DNA of 32,000 nucleotides from Mycobacterium tuberculosis H37Rv (GCF_000195955.2 NC_000962.3:1620001-1652000); one strand, 5' to 3'; shown: positions 21,544 through 30,715, numbered from the stretch's first letter. A program made the numbers and translations. The notes: a model not told the origin generated them from the letters alone.

Positions 21544-22425
21544 CGCGGCGGTGGCCGCCGTAACCGCCGCGGCACCGGCCACGTGAATGGCGACCAGGGC
21601 GGCGGGTACCCCGGTGAAGTATTGCGTGGTACCGACGGCGGCTTGCGTGGCAACCAGGGCGAGCAGCACGGCGAGTCGCACCAGAATCGCCCGGGTGGCA
21701 CCCACGGCCAGCAGCCCGAAACCCAACCCGATCAGCAGCGCAAGGTAGGCAACCAACAGCGACGAATGCATATGCACCAAGGTGGTGATTTCGACTTTCA
21801 GCCGCGGCACGGTCCGGCTGGGGCTGCGATCTCCCGCGTGCGGGCCTGCCGCCGTGACTAGCGTGCCCGTCACCAGCACCGCGGCCAGGTTCAGCGCGCT
21901 GAGCGCCGTGAGCGCACGCAACGGGCTGACCACCAGTTCGTGGACGACTCCGTCATCGGGCTGGCCGATCTTGACGTAGAGCAGCACCGCCAGCCACACC
22001 ATCGTCATCGACGCCAGCAGGTGGATGGCCACCGTCCACCACAGCAGCCCGGTGCGTACGGTGATGCCACCGATCATCGCCTGCACCACCGTCGACACCG
22101 GCATCAGCCACGCGTAGGCCAGGACTTCCGTGCGCCGGCGCGCCCGGGTGACGACCAGCACGGCCAGTGCCGCGGCTATCACCACCGCAAACGTGACCAT
22201 CCGGTTGCCGAACTCGACCGCCTGATGGACCCGCGGCACCTCGGCGACCACCACCGGGGTGAAGCTACCCGGAAAACACTGCGGCCAGGTCGGACACCCC
22301 AGGCCTGAGGCGGTAACCCGGACGATTGCCCCGGTGACGGCGATGCCGCCCTGGGTGAGGATGACGATTGCGGCGATGACCCGCTGGACACGCAGGCTGG
22401 GAGACACCGCCCGATCGTAAGGCAC
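21493..22425 (-). CDS. ctaA: Heme A synthase (CtaA/COX15 family)
   Basis: GTG 22425; GGIAVTGAIVRVTASGLGCPTWPQC plus VEFGNRMVTFAVV and VHMHSSLLVAYLALLIGLGF, the CtaA histidine-containing helices. Confidence 0.88.
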   Translation of the reverse strand: MPYDRAVSPSLRVQRVIAAIVILTQGGIAVTGAIVRVTASGLGCPTWPQCFPGSFTPVVVAEVPRVHQAVEFGNRMVTFAVVIAAALAVLVVTRARRRTEVLAYAWLMPVSTVVQAMIGGITVRTGLLWWTVAIHLLASMTMVWLAVLLYVKIGQPDDGVVHELVVSPLRALTALSALNLAAVLVTGTLVTAAGPHAGDRSPSRTVPRLKVEITTLVHMHSSLLVAYLALLIGLGFGLLAVGATRAILVRLAVLLALVATQAAVGTTQYFTGVPAALVAIHVAGAAAVTAATAALWASMGERAQPQPLQR

Positions 22426-22536
22426 CAAAAACTACACGCTGTAGTACGGGCGGACCGGTGTCGAAACTGCAACCACGCACCGATGCGTCGGCGTGTCTTG
22501 TGCGTGGTTGCAGTGTCGCGAAGCCGGGCGGCCGGT

Positions 22537-23322
22537 TCAGGTGAACCGGAACCAGCGCAGTGCGGCCAGTGCGGCCAGCGCGCCCCACACCGCTAGGACG
22601 ACGATCCCGAACCAGTCCACCGACACGGTCATGGCCTGCGACAGCGCCTCGGTGAGCGCGCCCGACGGGGTAACCCGAGCCACCCATTTGAACGCCGTCG
22701 GGATCACGTTCGACTCCAAGGTCAGCGCACCGAAACCGGCGAATACGAACCACATCAGGTTGGCGACGGCGAGAACGATCTCGGCTCGCAAGGTGCCGCC
22801 GAGTAGCAGGCCGAGCGCCGCAAAGCCCGCGGTACCCAGCGCGATGATCCCGGCGCCCAATGTCAGGGCCGTCAGCGCCGGCCGCCAGCCGAGCGCAAAG
22901 CCGATGGCGCCCAAGATGATGGCCTGCAAGAACACCACGGCAACCACTGCCAGCGACTTGCCGGCGATGATCCCCCAAACCGGCAGCGGGGTAGCACCGA
23001 GTCGTTTGAGGGCGCCGTAGCGGCGATCGAACGCGACCGCGATGGCTTGCCCGGTGAATGCGGTGGAGATCACCGCAAGCGCCATGATGACCGGAACAAA
23101 GGTGGCGGCGCGGTTGTGGCCGAACGAGCCCATCGGCAGCAAAGTCAGCCCGACCAGCAGGGTGATCGGGATGAACATGGTCAACAGCAGTTGCTCGCCG
23201 TTGCGTAACAGCAGCTTCAATTCCAGGCTGAACTGTGCGGCAAGCATCAGGGGGACGGCGTTGGGGCGGGGGTCCGGGCTGAAGGTGCCCGCGGGAAAAG
23301 CGGGGCGATTGGTTTGGGTCAC
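22537..23322 (-). CDS. ABC-2 type transporter permease, 261 aa
   Basis: GTG 23322 overlaps the TGA of the upstream ATPase gene; multiple hydrophobic segments; FDRRYGALKRLGATPLPVWGIIAGK motif of ABC-2 permeases. Confidence 0.88.
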   Translation of the reverse strand: MTQTNRPAFPAGTFSPDPRPNAVPLMLAAQFSLELKLLLRNGEQLLLTMFIPITLLVGLTLLPMGSFGHNRAATFVPVIMALAVISTAFTGQAIAVAFDRRYGALKRLGATPLPVWGIIAGKSLAVVAVVFLQAIILGAIGFALGWRPALTALTLGAGIIALGTAGFAALGLLLGGTLRAEIVLAVANLMWFVFAGFGALTLESNVIPTAFKWVARVTPSGALTEALSQAMTVSVDWFGIVVLAVWGALAALAALRWFRFT

Positions 23323-24260
23323 TGCCGCAACTTCCTGCCGGTGAGATCCAGGAACACGTCTTCGAGGCTGCGTTGCTCGACCCGCATGTCGGTGGCTAGC
23401 ACGTCGATTTGTGCGCACCACGCGGTGACCGTCGCCAGCACCTGCGGGTCAACCGGACCTTCGACCAGGTACTCGCCCGGGGTCAGCTCGGTGGCCTGGT
23501 AGCCCTCGGGCAGTGCCGAGGCCAGCAGCGACAGGTCGAGCCGCGGCGGCGCGGTGAACCGCAACTGGTCTTTGGCGCCGCTGCGCATCAGTTCTGCCGG
23601 TGTGCCTGCGGCCACCGTCACCCCGTGGTCGATGATCACCAACCGATCGGCGAGTTCCTCGGCCTCCTTGAGATGATGCGTGGTCAGCACCACGGTCACG
23701 CCATCGCGGCGCAGCGCGTCGATCAACTCCCACACCAGTACCCGGGCATGGGCATCCATGCCCGCGGTGGGCTCGTCGAGGAACACCAGTTGGGGACGCC
23801 CGACCAGCGCGCAGGCCAGCGCGAGTCGTTGCTGCTGCCCGCCGGAGAGCCGTCGATAGGTGGTGCGGGCGGCCTCGGTGAGACCCAAGGTGTCCAGTAG
23901 CCAGTGCGGGTCCAGCGGGTTGGCGGCGTAGGACGCGACCAGATCCAGCATTTCGCCGGCGCGTGCCGCCGGGTAGCCGCCGCCACCCTGCAACATCACG
24001 CCGATGCGTGCGCGCAGGCGTGCGTTGTCGGTGATCGGGTCCAGTCCAAGTACCTCAATGCTGCCGGCGTCCGGGCGGACGAAGCCCTCGCACATCTCGA
24101 CGGTCGTGGTCTTGCCCGCGCCGTTGGGGCCCAGCAGCGCCATCACTTCGGCGTCATGCACGTCGAGATCGAGGTTGGAAACGGCGGTTATTGACCCGTA
24201 TCGCTTACATACCCCGCGAAGCCGCAGTACCACCTCGGGGGTGTCTGGGGCGCGGTTCAC
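23319..24260 (-). CDS. ABC transporter ATP-binding protein, 313 aa
   Basis: Walker A GPNGAGKTT, signature LSGGQQQRLALACAL, Walker B LVFLDEPTAGMD. Confidence 0.95.
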   Translation of the reverse strand: MNRAPDTPEVVLRLRGVCKRYGSITAVSNLDLDVHDAEVMALLGPNGAGKTTTVEMCEGFVRPDAGSIEVLGLDPITDNARLRARIGVMLQGGGGYPAARAGEMLDLVASYAANPLDPHWLLDTLGLTEAARTTYRRLSGGQQQRLALACALVGRPQLVFLDEPTAGMDAHARVLVWELIDALRRDGVTVVLTTHHLKEAEELADRLVIIDHGVTVAAGTPAELMRSGAKDQLRFTAPPRLDLSLLASALPEGYQATELTPGEYLVEGPVDPQVLATVTAWCAQIDVLATDMRVEQRSLEDVFLDLTGRKLRQ

Positions 24261-24366
24261 GAGCGCCGCTCCTCCTCATCGCTTCGCTCTGCATCGTCGT
24301 CGGCGCGGTTCACGAGCGCCGCTCCTCCTCATCGCTTCGCTCTGCATCGTCGTCGGCGCGGCTCAC
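24261..24366. repeat. Two tandem 53-bp units, matching the MIRU16 / VNTR 1644 locus
   Basis: gagcgccgctcctcctcatcgcttcgctctgcatcgtcgtcggcgcggttcac (24261-24313) and the same with ggctcac at the end (24314-24366). Confidence 0.93.
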
Positions 24367-26138
24367 GTGGAATCAGCGTAGGCGTCGGGCGCTGCCGTCG
24401 GCCGGCGGGTCGCAGGGGTCTTGCTGGCCGACTCCGCGGCGGTGACCACTTGCTCGGCTGCAAGTGGCCGCCATGGTAACCGGGTGTAGGTCAGGGCAAT
24501 CAGGAGGATCACGATGATGGCGCTGGCCGCGGTCGCATCCACGATCTGAAACAGCGCGAAGCGGTCACCATTGGCGGTCGGACCGAAAATTCCGACGATG
24601 AGGGTGGCCAGGATTGCCGCTACCCGAAATCCCGGGCGGGTTGCCCAGGCGGCCAGCGGAATTATCGCCCACAGCAGGTACCAGGGCTGCACGACGGGAA
24701 ACAGCAGCACGGTGACAGCTAGCGCAACGCCCAGGCCGCCGATCGGGTGCAGCCGGCCGCGGAGCACGGCCAATAACAGCCAGCACACCATCACCGTGAT
24801 GATCAGCACGCCGATGGCGCGGGTGAGTGACAACACGGCGGTGGTGTGATCACCCAGGCCCAGCAGGATGCCGACGTGCCCGGTGCCCAGGGCCAGCAGT
24901 GTCGGCGGCGACATCCAGCTGCGCACCACATTGGCGGTGCCCAGCGTGTTGATCCAGCCGAATCCGAGACCGCTGGCCCAACCCAGGATGGCCATTATCG
25001 CCAGCGTTAGACTCGCCATCACAGCGGCGGCGAGCAGCAGTGCTCGCAAGTTGCCACCCCAGCGGTATGCCAGCACTGTCGTGACGAAGCCCATCGCCAG
25101 CAGCGAGGGTAGCTTCACTTGCGACGACAGCGTGATCAGGATGGAACCCGCCAGCAGCATGGCCAGGGGCCCCCATTCCGGACGGGGTTTGACTGCCCGG
25201 CTCGCGCCCGCACGCGGGGATGCCCCCAGCTCGGGCCGCCGGCTGGCCCGTATTGTGGCGGGGCCCAACCGCCAGGTTTCGGGCGACGGGCGTGGGGTAT
25301 TCGCCATATCAAGGCCGCGCAGCGCGAATTCGACGCCGGTCAGCATCAGCCCGAGCATCAGCGCTTCGTTGTGGATGCCGGCGACCAAATGCATGATCAG
25401 CAGCGGATTGGCCGCGCCTAGCCACAGCGCGCTGACCTCGGCGACGCCACAGCGCTGAGCTAGCCGAGGGGTCGCCCACACGATCAGGGTCACACCGATC
25501 AACACCACAAGCCGGTGGCAGAGCACGGCAGCGACGATGTTTTCCCCAGTCAGCGACGAGATTCCGCGGCCGATCCACAAGAACAGCGGACCATATGGCG
25601 CCGGTGTCTCCCGCCACAGGCTGGGCACCGACAGGGTGAACACGTGGCCGAGGCCCAAGCCGGACGCCGGACCCACCCGGTAAGGGTCGAGTCCGTCCCT
25701 GCCGATCTCACTTTGGGCTAGATATGAGTAGACATCCTTGCTGTACATCGGTGGTGCGATCAATAGCGGCAGCATCCAGAGCAGCAGGGTGCGGTCCAGT
25801 TTGCCGCGCGACATCCGCCGCCTGCCCAGCGTGAACCGGCCGAGCATCAGCCAGGCCAGCGCCATCATGACCGCCCCGGTCGTGGTCATGGTCAACGACA
25901 CCGTTTGGATTCGTGACGGCAGATTGAGCAGCCGGACCCCGAAGGTGGGGTCCTGGACGACGGGTCGGGCCCCGGCGCCCAGGGCGCCGATGGCCATCAG
26001 GACGGTGCCGGTGGCCCCAAACAGGCGGGTGCGCGCCAGCGCGGTGAGCTCGGTAGTGGTCAGCGGTGCACCCACCGCCTGCTCGTCGCCATGCAGGCTG
26101 GCGATCGACCAGCTCAGCGTATGGTGGCGGGCTGCCAT
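24363..26138 (-). CDS. mptB: Alpha-(1->6)-mannopyranosyltransferase, GT-C type integral membrane protein
   Basis: 591-aa polytopic membrane protein; MYSKDVYSYLAQSEIGRDGLDPY and PVVQPWYLLWAIIPLA motifs of mycobacterial GT-C mannosyltransferases; gene order matches Rv1459c. Confidence 0.88.
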   Translation of the reverse strand: MAARHHTLSWSIASLHGDEQAVGAPLTTTELTALARTRLFGATGTVLMAIGALGAGARPVVQDPTFGVRLLNLPSRIQTVSLTMTTTGAVMMALAWLMLGRFTLGRRRMSRGKLDRTLLLWMLPLLIAPPMYSKDVYSYLAQSEIGRDGLDPYRVGPASGLGLGHVFTLSVPSLWRETPAPYGPLFLWIGRGISSLTGENIVAAVLCHRLVVLIGVTLIVWATPRLAQRCGVAEVSALWLGAANPLLIMHLVAGIHNEALMLGLMLTGVEFALRGLDMANTPRPSPETWRLGPATIRASRRPELGASPRAGASRAVKPRPEWGPLAMLLAGSILITLSSQVKLPSLLAMGFVTTVLAYRWGGNLRALLLAAAVMASLTLAIMAILGWASGLGFGWINTLGTANVVRSWMSPPTLLALGTGHVGILLGLGDHTTAVLSLTRAIGVLIITVMVCWLLLAVLRGRLHPIGGLGVALAVTVLLFPVVQPWYLLWAIIPLAAWATRPGFRVAAILATLIVGIFGPTANGDRFALFQIVDATAASAIIVILLIALTYTRLPWRPLAAEQVVTAAESASKTPATRRPTAAPDAYADST

Positions 26139-26246
26139 TGGTGCAGCCTAACGGCATGCCCGGGAATTGCTTAGGCGATCTCAATGTGACCAGCACAACC
26201 CTGCCGCATAGGGCATCCCTGGTAGACCGATCAACGGAATTTTGTC

Positions 26247-26261
26247 ACACTGATGTTGTGA
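26247..26261 (+). promoter_or_regulatory. Candidate SufR operator ACACT-N5-TGTGA
   Basis: ACACTGATGTTGTGA; imperfect inverted repeat in the wider context ATTTTGTCACACTGATGTTGTGAAAAT, in the divergent mptB/sufR interval. Confidence 0.72.
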
Positions 26262-26992
26262 AAATCCCGGCGGTCTCTACCACTGTCCCCGCGGCAGTCT
26301 CGGACGGTCACACTCGTCGGGCCATTGTGCGCTTGCTGCTGGAATCCGGATCGATCACCGCCGGCGAGATCGGTGACCGGCTGGGCCTGTCGGCCGCCGG
26401 TGTGCGGCGTCATCTGGACGCGCTGATCGAGGCGGGTGACGCGGAAGCGTCGGCGGCCGCGCCGTGGCAGCAGGTGGGACGCGGGCGGCCCGCCAAGCGC
26501 TACCGGCTGACCGCGGCCGGCCGGGCCAAGCTCGACCACTCCTATGACGACCTGGCGTCGGCGGCCATGCGGCAGCTGCGGGAGATCGGCGGCGAGGAGG
26601 CGGTGCGGACGTTTGCCCGGCGCCGTATCGACGCCATCCTGGCCGACGTCGCGCCGGCCGACGGTCCCGACGACGCCGCGCTCGAGGCGGCCGCCGAGCG
26701 GATCGCAACGGCGCTCAGCAAAGCCGGCTACGTCGCCACCACCACGCGGGTGGGCGGGCCGATTCACGGTGTGCAAATCTGCCAGCACCATTGCCCGGTA
26801 TCCCATGTCGCCGAGGAATTCCCCGAATTGTGCGAAACCGAGCAGCAGGCCATGGCCGAGGTGCTCGGCACCCACGTCCAGCGGTTGGCGACCATCGTCA
26901 ACGGAGACTGCGCCTGCACCACCCACGTACCCCTGTCGCCGGCGCCCAGCCCGCGCCCACCCGCCACCAGCACCGAAGGAGCGTCCCGATGA
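26258..26992 (+). CDS. sufR: Fe-S cluster-sensing repressor SufR; start chosen at GTG 26258, alternative GTG 26186
   Basis: wHTH SITAGEIGDRLGLSAAGVRRHLDALIEAG; cysteine-containing C-terminal region CQHHCPVSHVAEEFPELCETE...CACTTH. Confidence 0.9.
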   Translation: MKIPAVSTTVPAAVSDGHTRRAIVRLLLESGSITAGEIGDRLGLSAAGVRRHLDALIEAGDAEASAAAPWQQVGRGRPAKRYRLTAAGRAKLDHSYDDLASAAMRQLREIGGEEAVRTFARRRIDAILADVAPADGPDDAALEAAAERIATALSKAGYVATTTRVGGPIHGVQICQHHCPVSHVAEEFPELCETEQQAMAEVLGTHVQRLATIVNGDCACTTHVPLSPAPSPRPPATSTEGASR

Positions 26993-29529
26993 CACTCACC
27001 CCAGAGGCCAGCAAGAGCGTTGCCCAGCCCCCGACCCAGGCTCCCCTGACCCAGGAAGAGGCGATCGCGTCGCTGGGCCGGTACGGCTACGGCTGGGCGG
27101 ACTCCGACGTCGCGGGTGCCAACGCGCAGCGCGGGCTTTCCGAGGCGGTGGTCCGCGACATCTCCGCGAAGAAGAACGAGCCCGATTGGATGCTGCAGTC
27201 GCGGCTGAAGGCGCTGCGCATTTTCGACCGCAAGCCCATTCCGAAGTGGGGCTCCAACCTCGATGGCATCGATTTCGACAACATCAAGTACTTCGTGCGC
27301 TCCACCGAGAAGCAGGCCGCGAGCTGGGATGATTTGCCAGAGGACATCCGCAACACCTACGACCGGTTGGGAATCCCGGAGGCCGAGAAGCAGAGATTAG
27401 TAGCTGGAGTAGCCGCACAATACGAAAGTGAAGTTGTATATCACCAGATCAGAGAGGATCTGGAGGCTCAAGGAGTCATATTTTTAGACACTGATACTGG
27501 TTTGCGAGAACACCCGGATATTTTCAAGGAATATTTCGGTACAGTAATCCCTGCCGGCGATAATAAGTTTTCTGCATTGAATACTGCAGTTTGGAGTGGT
27601 GGGTCCTTTATTTACGTCCCGCCCGGTGTTCACGTCGACATTCCGCTGCAGGCCTACTTCCGAATCAACACCGAGAACATGGGCCAGTTCGAGCGGACGC
27701 TGATCATCGCCGATGAGGGCTCTTACGTGCACTACGTAGAGGGCTGCCTGCCCGCCGGCGAGCTCATCACGACCGCCGACGGCGATTTGCGGCCCATCGA
27801 GTCGATTCGCGTCGGTGACTTCGTCACCGGCCACGACGGGCGGCCACACCGCGTCACCGCTGTACAGGTGCGTGACCTCGATGGCGAGCTGTTCACCTTC
27901 ACACCGATGTCGCCTGCCAACGCATTCTCTGTCACCGCCGAGCACCCCCTTCTCGCTATTCCCCGCGACGAGGTGCGTGTTATGCGGAAGGAACGCAATG
28001 GGTGGAAGGCTGAAGTCAACAGCACCAAGCTGCGTAGCGCCGAGCCGCGATGGATCGCGGCGAAGGATGTGGCCGAGGGTGACTTCCTGATCTACCCCAA
28101 GCCGAAGCCGATCCCCCACAGGACGGTTTTGCCGCTCGAGTTTGCGCGCCTGGCGGGCTACTACCTGGCGGAGGGTCACGCGTGTCTCACCAATGGCTGT
28201 GAGTCGCTGATCTTCTCGTTCCACAGCGATGAGTTCGAGTACGTCGAGGATGTGCGCCAAGCGTGCAAGTCGCTGTACGAGAAGTCGGGATCGGTATTGA
28301 TCGAGGAGCACAAGCATTCGGCGCGCGTCACCGTGTACACGAAGGCGGGCTATGCGGCGATGCGCGACAACGTCGGCATTGGATCGTCGAATAAGAAGCT
28401 GTCGGATCTGTTGATGCGTCAAGACGAGACGTTCTTGCGTGAGCTGGTCGACGCCTATGTGAATGGAGACGGCAACGTCACGCGCCGTAACGGGGCGGTG
28501 TGGAAGCGGGTACATACGACATCGCGCCTCTGGGCGTTCCAGTTGCAGTCCATCCTGGCGCGTCTGGGTCACTACGCCACTGTTGAACTGCGCCGACCGG
28601 GCGGCCCTGGTGTGATCATGGGCCGCAACGTCGTTCGCAAGGACATCTACCAGGTGCAGTGGACCGAGGGCGGCCGCGGACCGAAGCAGGCCCGCGACTG
28701 CGGCGACTACTTTGCGGTGCCAATCAAGAAGCGAGCGGTCCGCGAAGCACATGAGCCCGTCTACAACCTCGATGTCGAGAATCCGGACAGCTACCTCGCC
28801 TACGGGTTCGCCGTGCACAACTGCACCGCACCGATCTACAAATCGGATTCATTGCACTCAGCGGTGGTCGAGATCATCGTGAAACCCCATGCGCGCGTGC
28901 GTTACACCACCATCCAGAACTGGTCGAACAACGTCTACAACCTGGTCACCAAGCGGGCCCGCGCCGAAGCCGGGGCCACCATGGAGTGGATCGACGGCAA
29001 CATCGGGTCCAAGGTGACCATGAAGTACCCGGCGGTCTGGATGACCGGCGAGCACGCCAAGGGCGAAGTGCTCTCGGTGGCGTTCGCCGGCGAAGACCAG
29101 CACCAGGACACCGGCGCCAAGATGCTGCACCTGGCGCCGAACACGTCGAGCAACATCGTGTCCAAGTCGGTGGCCCGCGGCGGCGGCCGCACCTCCTACC
29201 GTGGCCTGGTGCAGGTCAACAAGGGGGCGCATGGGTCGCGGTCCAGCGTGAAATGCGATGCGCTGCTGGTGGATACGGTCAGCCGCAGCGACACCTACCC
29301 CTACGTCGACATCCGCGAGGACGACGTCACCATGGGCCACGAGGCCACCGTGTCCAAGGTCAGCGAGAACCAGCTGTTCTACCTGATGAGCCGCGGGCTG
29401 ACCGAGGACGAGGCGATGGCGATGGTGGTGCGCGGCTTCGTCGAGCCGATCGCCAAGGAGCTGCCGATGGAGTACGCGCTGGAGCTCAACCGGCTGATCG
29501 AGCTGCAGATGGAGGGCGCGGTCGGATGA
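26989..29529 (+). CDS. sufB: SufB Fe-S scaffold protein precursor (846 aa) interrupted by an intein
   Basis: ATG 26989 overlaps the sufR TGA. Extein parts MTLTPEASKSV...EGSYVHYVEG and CTAPIYKSDSLHSAVVEIIVKPHARVRYTTIQNWSNNVYNLVTKR are SufB. Confidence 0.97.
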   Translation: MTLTPEASKSVAQPPTQAPLTQEEAIASLGRYGYGWADSDVAGANAQRGLSEAVVRDISAKKNEPDWMLQSRLKALRIFDRKPIPKWGSNLDGIDFDNIKYFVRSTEKQAASWDDLPEDIRNTYDRLGIPEAEKQRLVAGVAAQYESEVVYHQIREDLEAQGVIFLDTDTGLREHPDIFKEYFGTVIPAGDNKFSALNTAVWSGGSFIYVPPGVHVDIPLQAYFRINTENMGQFERTLIIADEGSYVHYVEGCLPAGELITTADGDLRPIESIRVGDFVTGHDGRPHRVTAVQVRDLDGELFTFTPMSPANAFSVTAEHPLLAIPRDEVRVMRKERNGWKAEVNSTKLRSAEPRWIAAKDVAEGDFLIYPKPKPIPHRTVLPLEFARLAGYYLAEGHACLTNGCESLIFSFHSDEFEYVEDVRQACKSLYEKSGSVLIEEHKHSARVTVYTKAGYAAMRDNVGIGSSNKKLSDLLMRQDETFLRELVDAYVNGDGNVTRRNGAVWKRVHTTSRLWAFQLQSILARLGHYATVELRRPGGPGVIMGRNVVRKDIYQVQWTEGGRGPKQARDCGDYFAVPIKKRAVREAHEPVYNLDVENPDSYLAYGFAVHNCTAPIYKSDSLHSAVVEIIVKPHARVRYTTIQNWSNNVYNLVTKRARAEAGATMEWIDGNIGSKVTMKYPAVWMTGEHAKGEVLSVAFAGEDQHQDTGAKMLHLAPNTSSNIVSKSVARGGGRTSYRGLVQVNKGAHGSRSSVKCDALLVDTVSRSDTYPYVDIREDDVTMGHEATVSKVSENQLFYLMSRGLTEDEAMAMVVRGFVEPIAKELPMEYALELNRLIELQMEGAVG
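27391..27620 (+). other. AT-rich, rare-codon block within sufB N-extein
   Basis: Direct count 100 G/C in 230 bases (43%); codons include AGA, TTA, GTA, ATA, AAT, TTT; translation remains a normal SufB sequence. Confidence 0.9.
27745..28821 (+). mobile_element. 359-aa intein with LAGLIDADG-type homing endonuclease domain
   Basis: Starts at Cys (CLPAGELITTADG), block B SVTAEHPLL, endonuclease motifs LARLAGYYLAEGHAC and LRELVDAYVNGDGNV, ends AYGFAVHN followed by Cys+1 (CTAPIYK). Confidence 0.96.
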
Positions 29530-30715
29530 CGGCTCCGGGACTGACAGCAGCCGTCGAGGGGATCGCACACAACAAGGGCGAGCTGTTCGCCTCCTTTGAC
29601 GTGGACGCGTTCGAGGTTCCGCACGGCCGCGACGAGATCTGGCGGTTCACCCCGTTGCGGCGGCTGCGTGGCCTGCACGACGGCTCCGCGCGGGCCACCG
29701 GTAGCGCCACGATCACGGTCAGCGAGCGGCCGGGCGTATACACCCAGACCGTGCGCCGCGGCGATCCACGACTGGGCGAGGGCGGCGTACCCACCGACCG
29801 CGTTGCCGCCCAAGCGTTTTCGTCGTTCAACTCCGCGACTCTGGTCACCGTCGAGCGCGACACCCAGGTCGTCGAGCCGGTAGGCATCACCGTGACCGGG
29901 CCGGGGGAGGGCGCGGTGGCCTATGGGCACCTGCAGGTGCGTATCGAGGAGCTTGGCGAGGCGGTCGTGGTCATCGACCACCGGGGCGGCGGAACCTACG
30001 CCGACAACGTCGAGTTCGTTGTCGACGACGCCGCTCGGCTGACCGCCGTGTGGATCGCCGACTGGGCCGACAACACCGTTCACCTCAGCGCGCACCATGC
30101 TCGGATCGGCAAGGACGCGGTGCTGCGCCACGTCACCGTCATGTTGGGCGGCGACGTGGTGCGAATGTCGGCGGGCGTGCGGTTCTGCGGTGCGGGTGGG
30201 GACGCGGAACTGCTGGGGCTGTATTTCGCCGACGACGGCCAGCACCTGGAGTCGCGGCTGCTGGTGGACCACGCCCACCCCGACTGCAAGTCGAACGTGC
30301 TGTATAAGGGTGCACTGCAAGGTGATCCGGCGTCGTCGTTGCCCGACGCACACACGGTCTGGGTGGGTGACGTGCTGATCCGTGCGCAGGCCACCGGCAC
30401 CGACACCTTCGAGGTGAACCGGAACCTGGTGCTCACCGACGGCGCGCGTGCCGACTCGGTGCCCAACCTGGAGATCGAGACCGGCGAGATCGTCGGCGCC
30501 GGACACGCCAGCGCCACCGGTCGCTTCGACGATGAGCAATTGTTCTACCTGCGTTCGCGCGGTATTCCCGAAGCACAGGCCCGCCGGCTGGTGGTCCGCG
30601 GCTTCTTCGGTGAGATCATCGCCAAGATCGCGGTGCCCGAGGTACGCGAGCGCCTGACCGCAGCCATCGAACACGAGCTGGAAATCACGGAATCAACGGA
30701 AAAGACAACAGTCTC

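Noticed and set aside
24261-24366. Potential CRISPR or IS terminal repeats
   Set aside because: Only two directly adjacent 53-bp units without spacers; matches the MIRU family also present at 5366-5418.
27391-27620. AT-rich block treated as sequencing error or inserted foreign gene
   Set aside because: The frame is continuous and the translation is a normal SufB segment, so it is not an inserted gene. An artificial origin cannot be excluded but is not required.
27484-28818. 444-aa minus-strand ORF opposite sufB/intein
   Set aside because: Antisense to clear SufB and intein protein motifs; no independent support.
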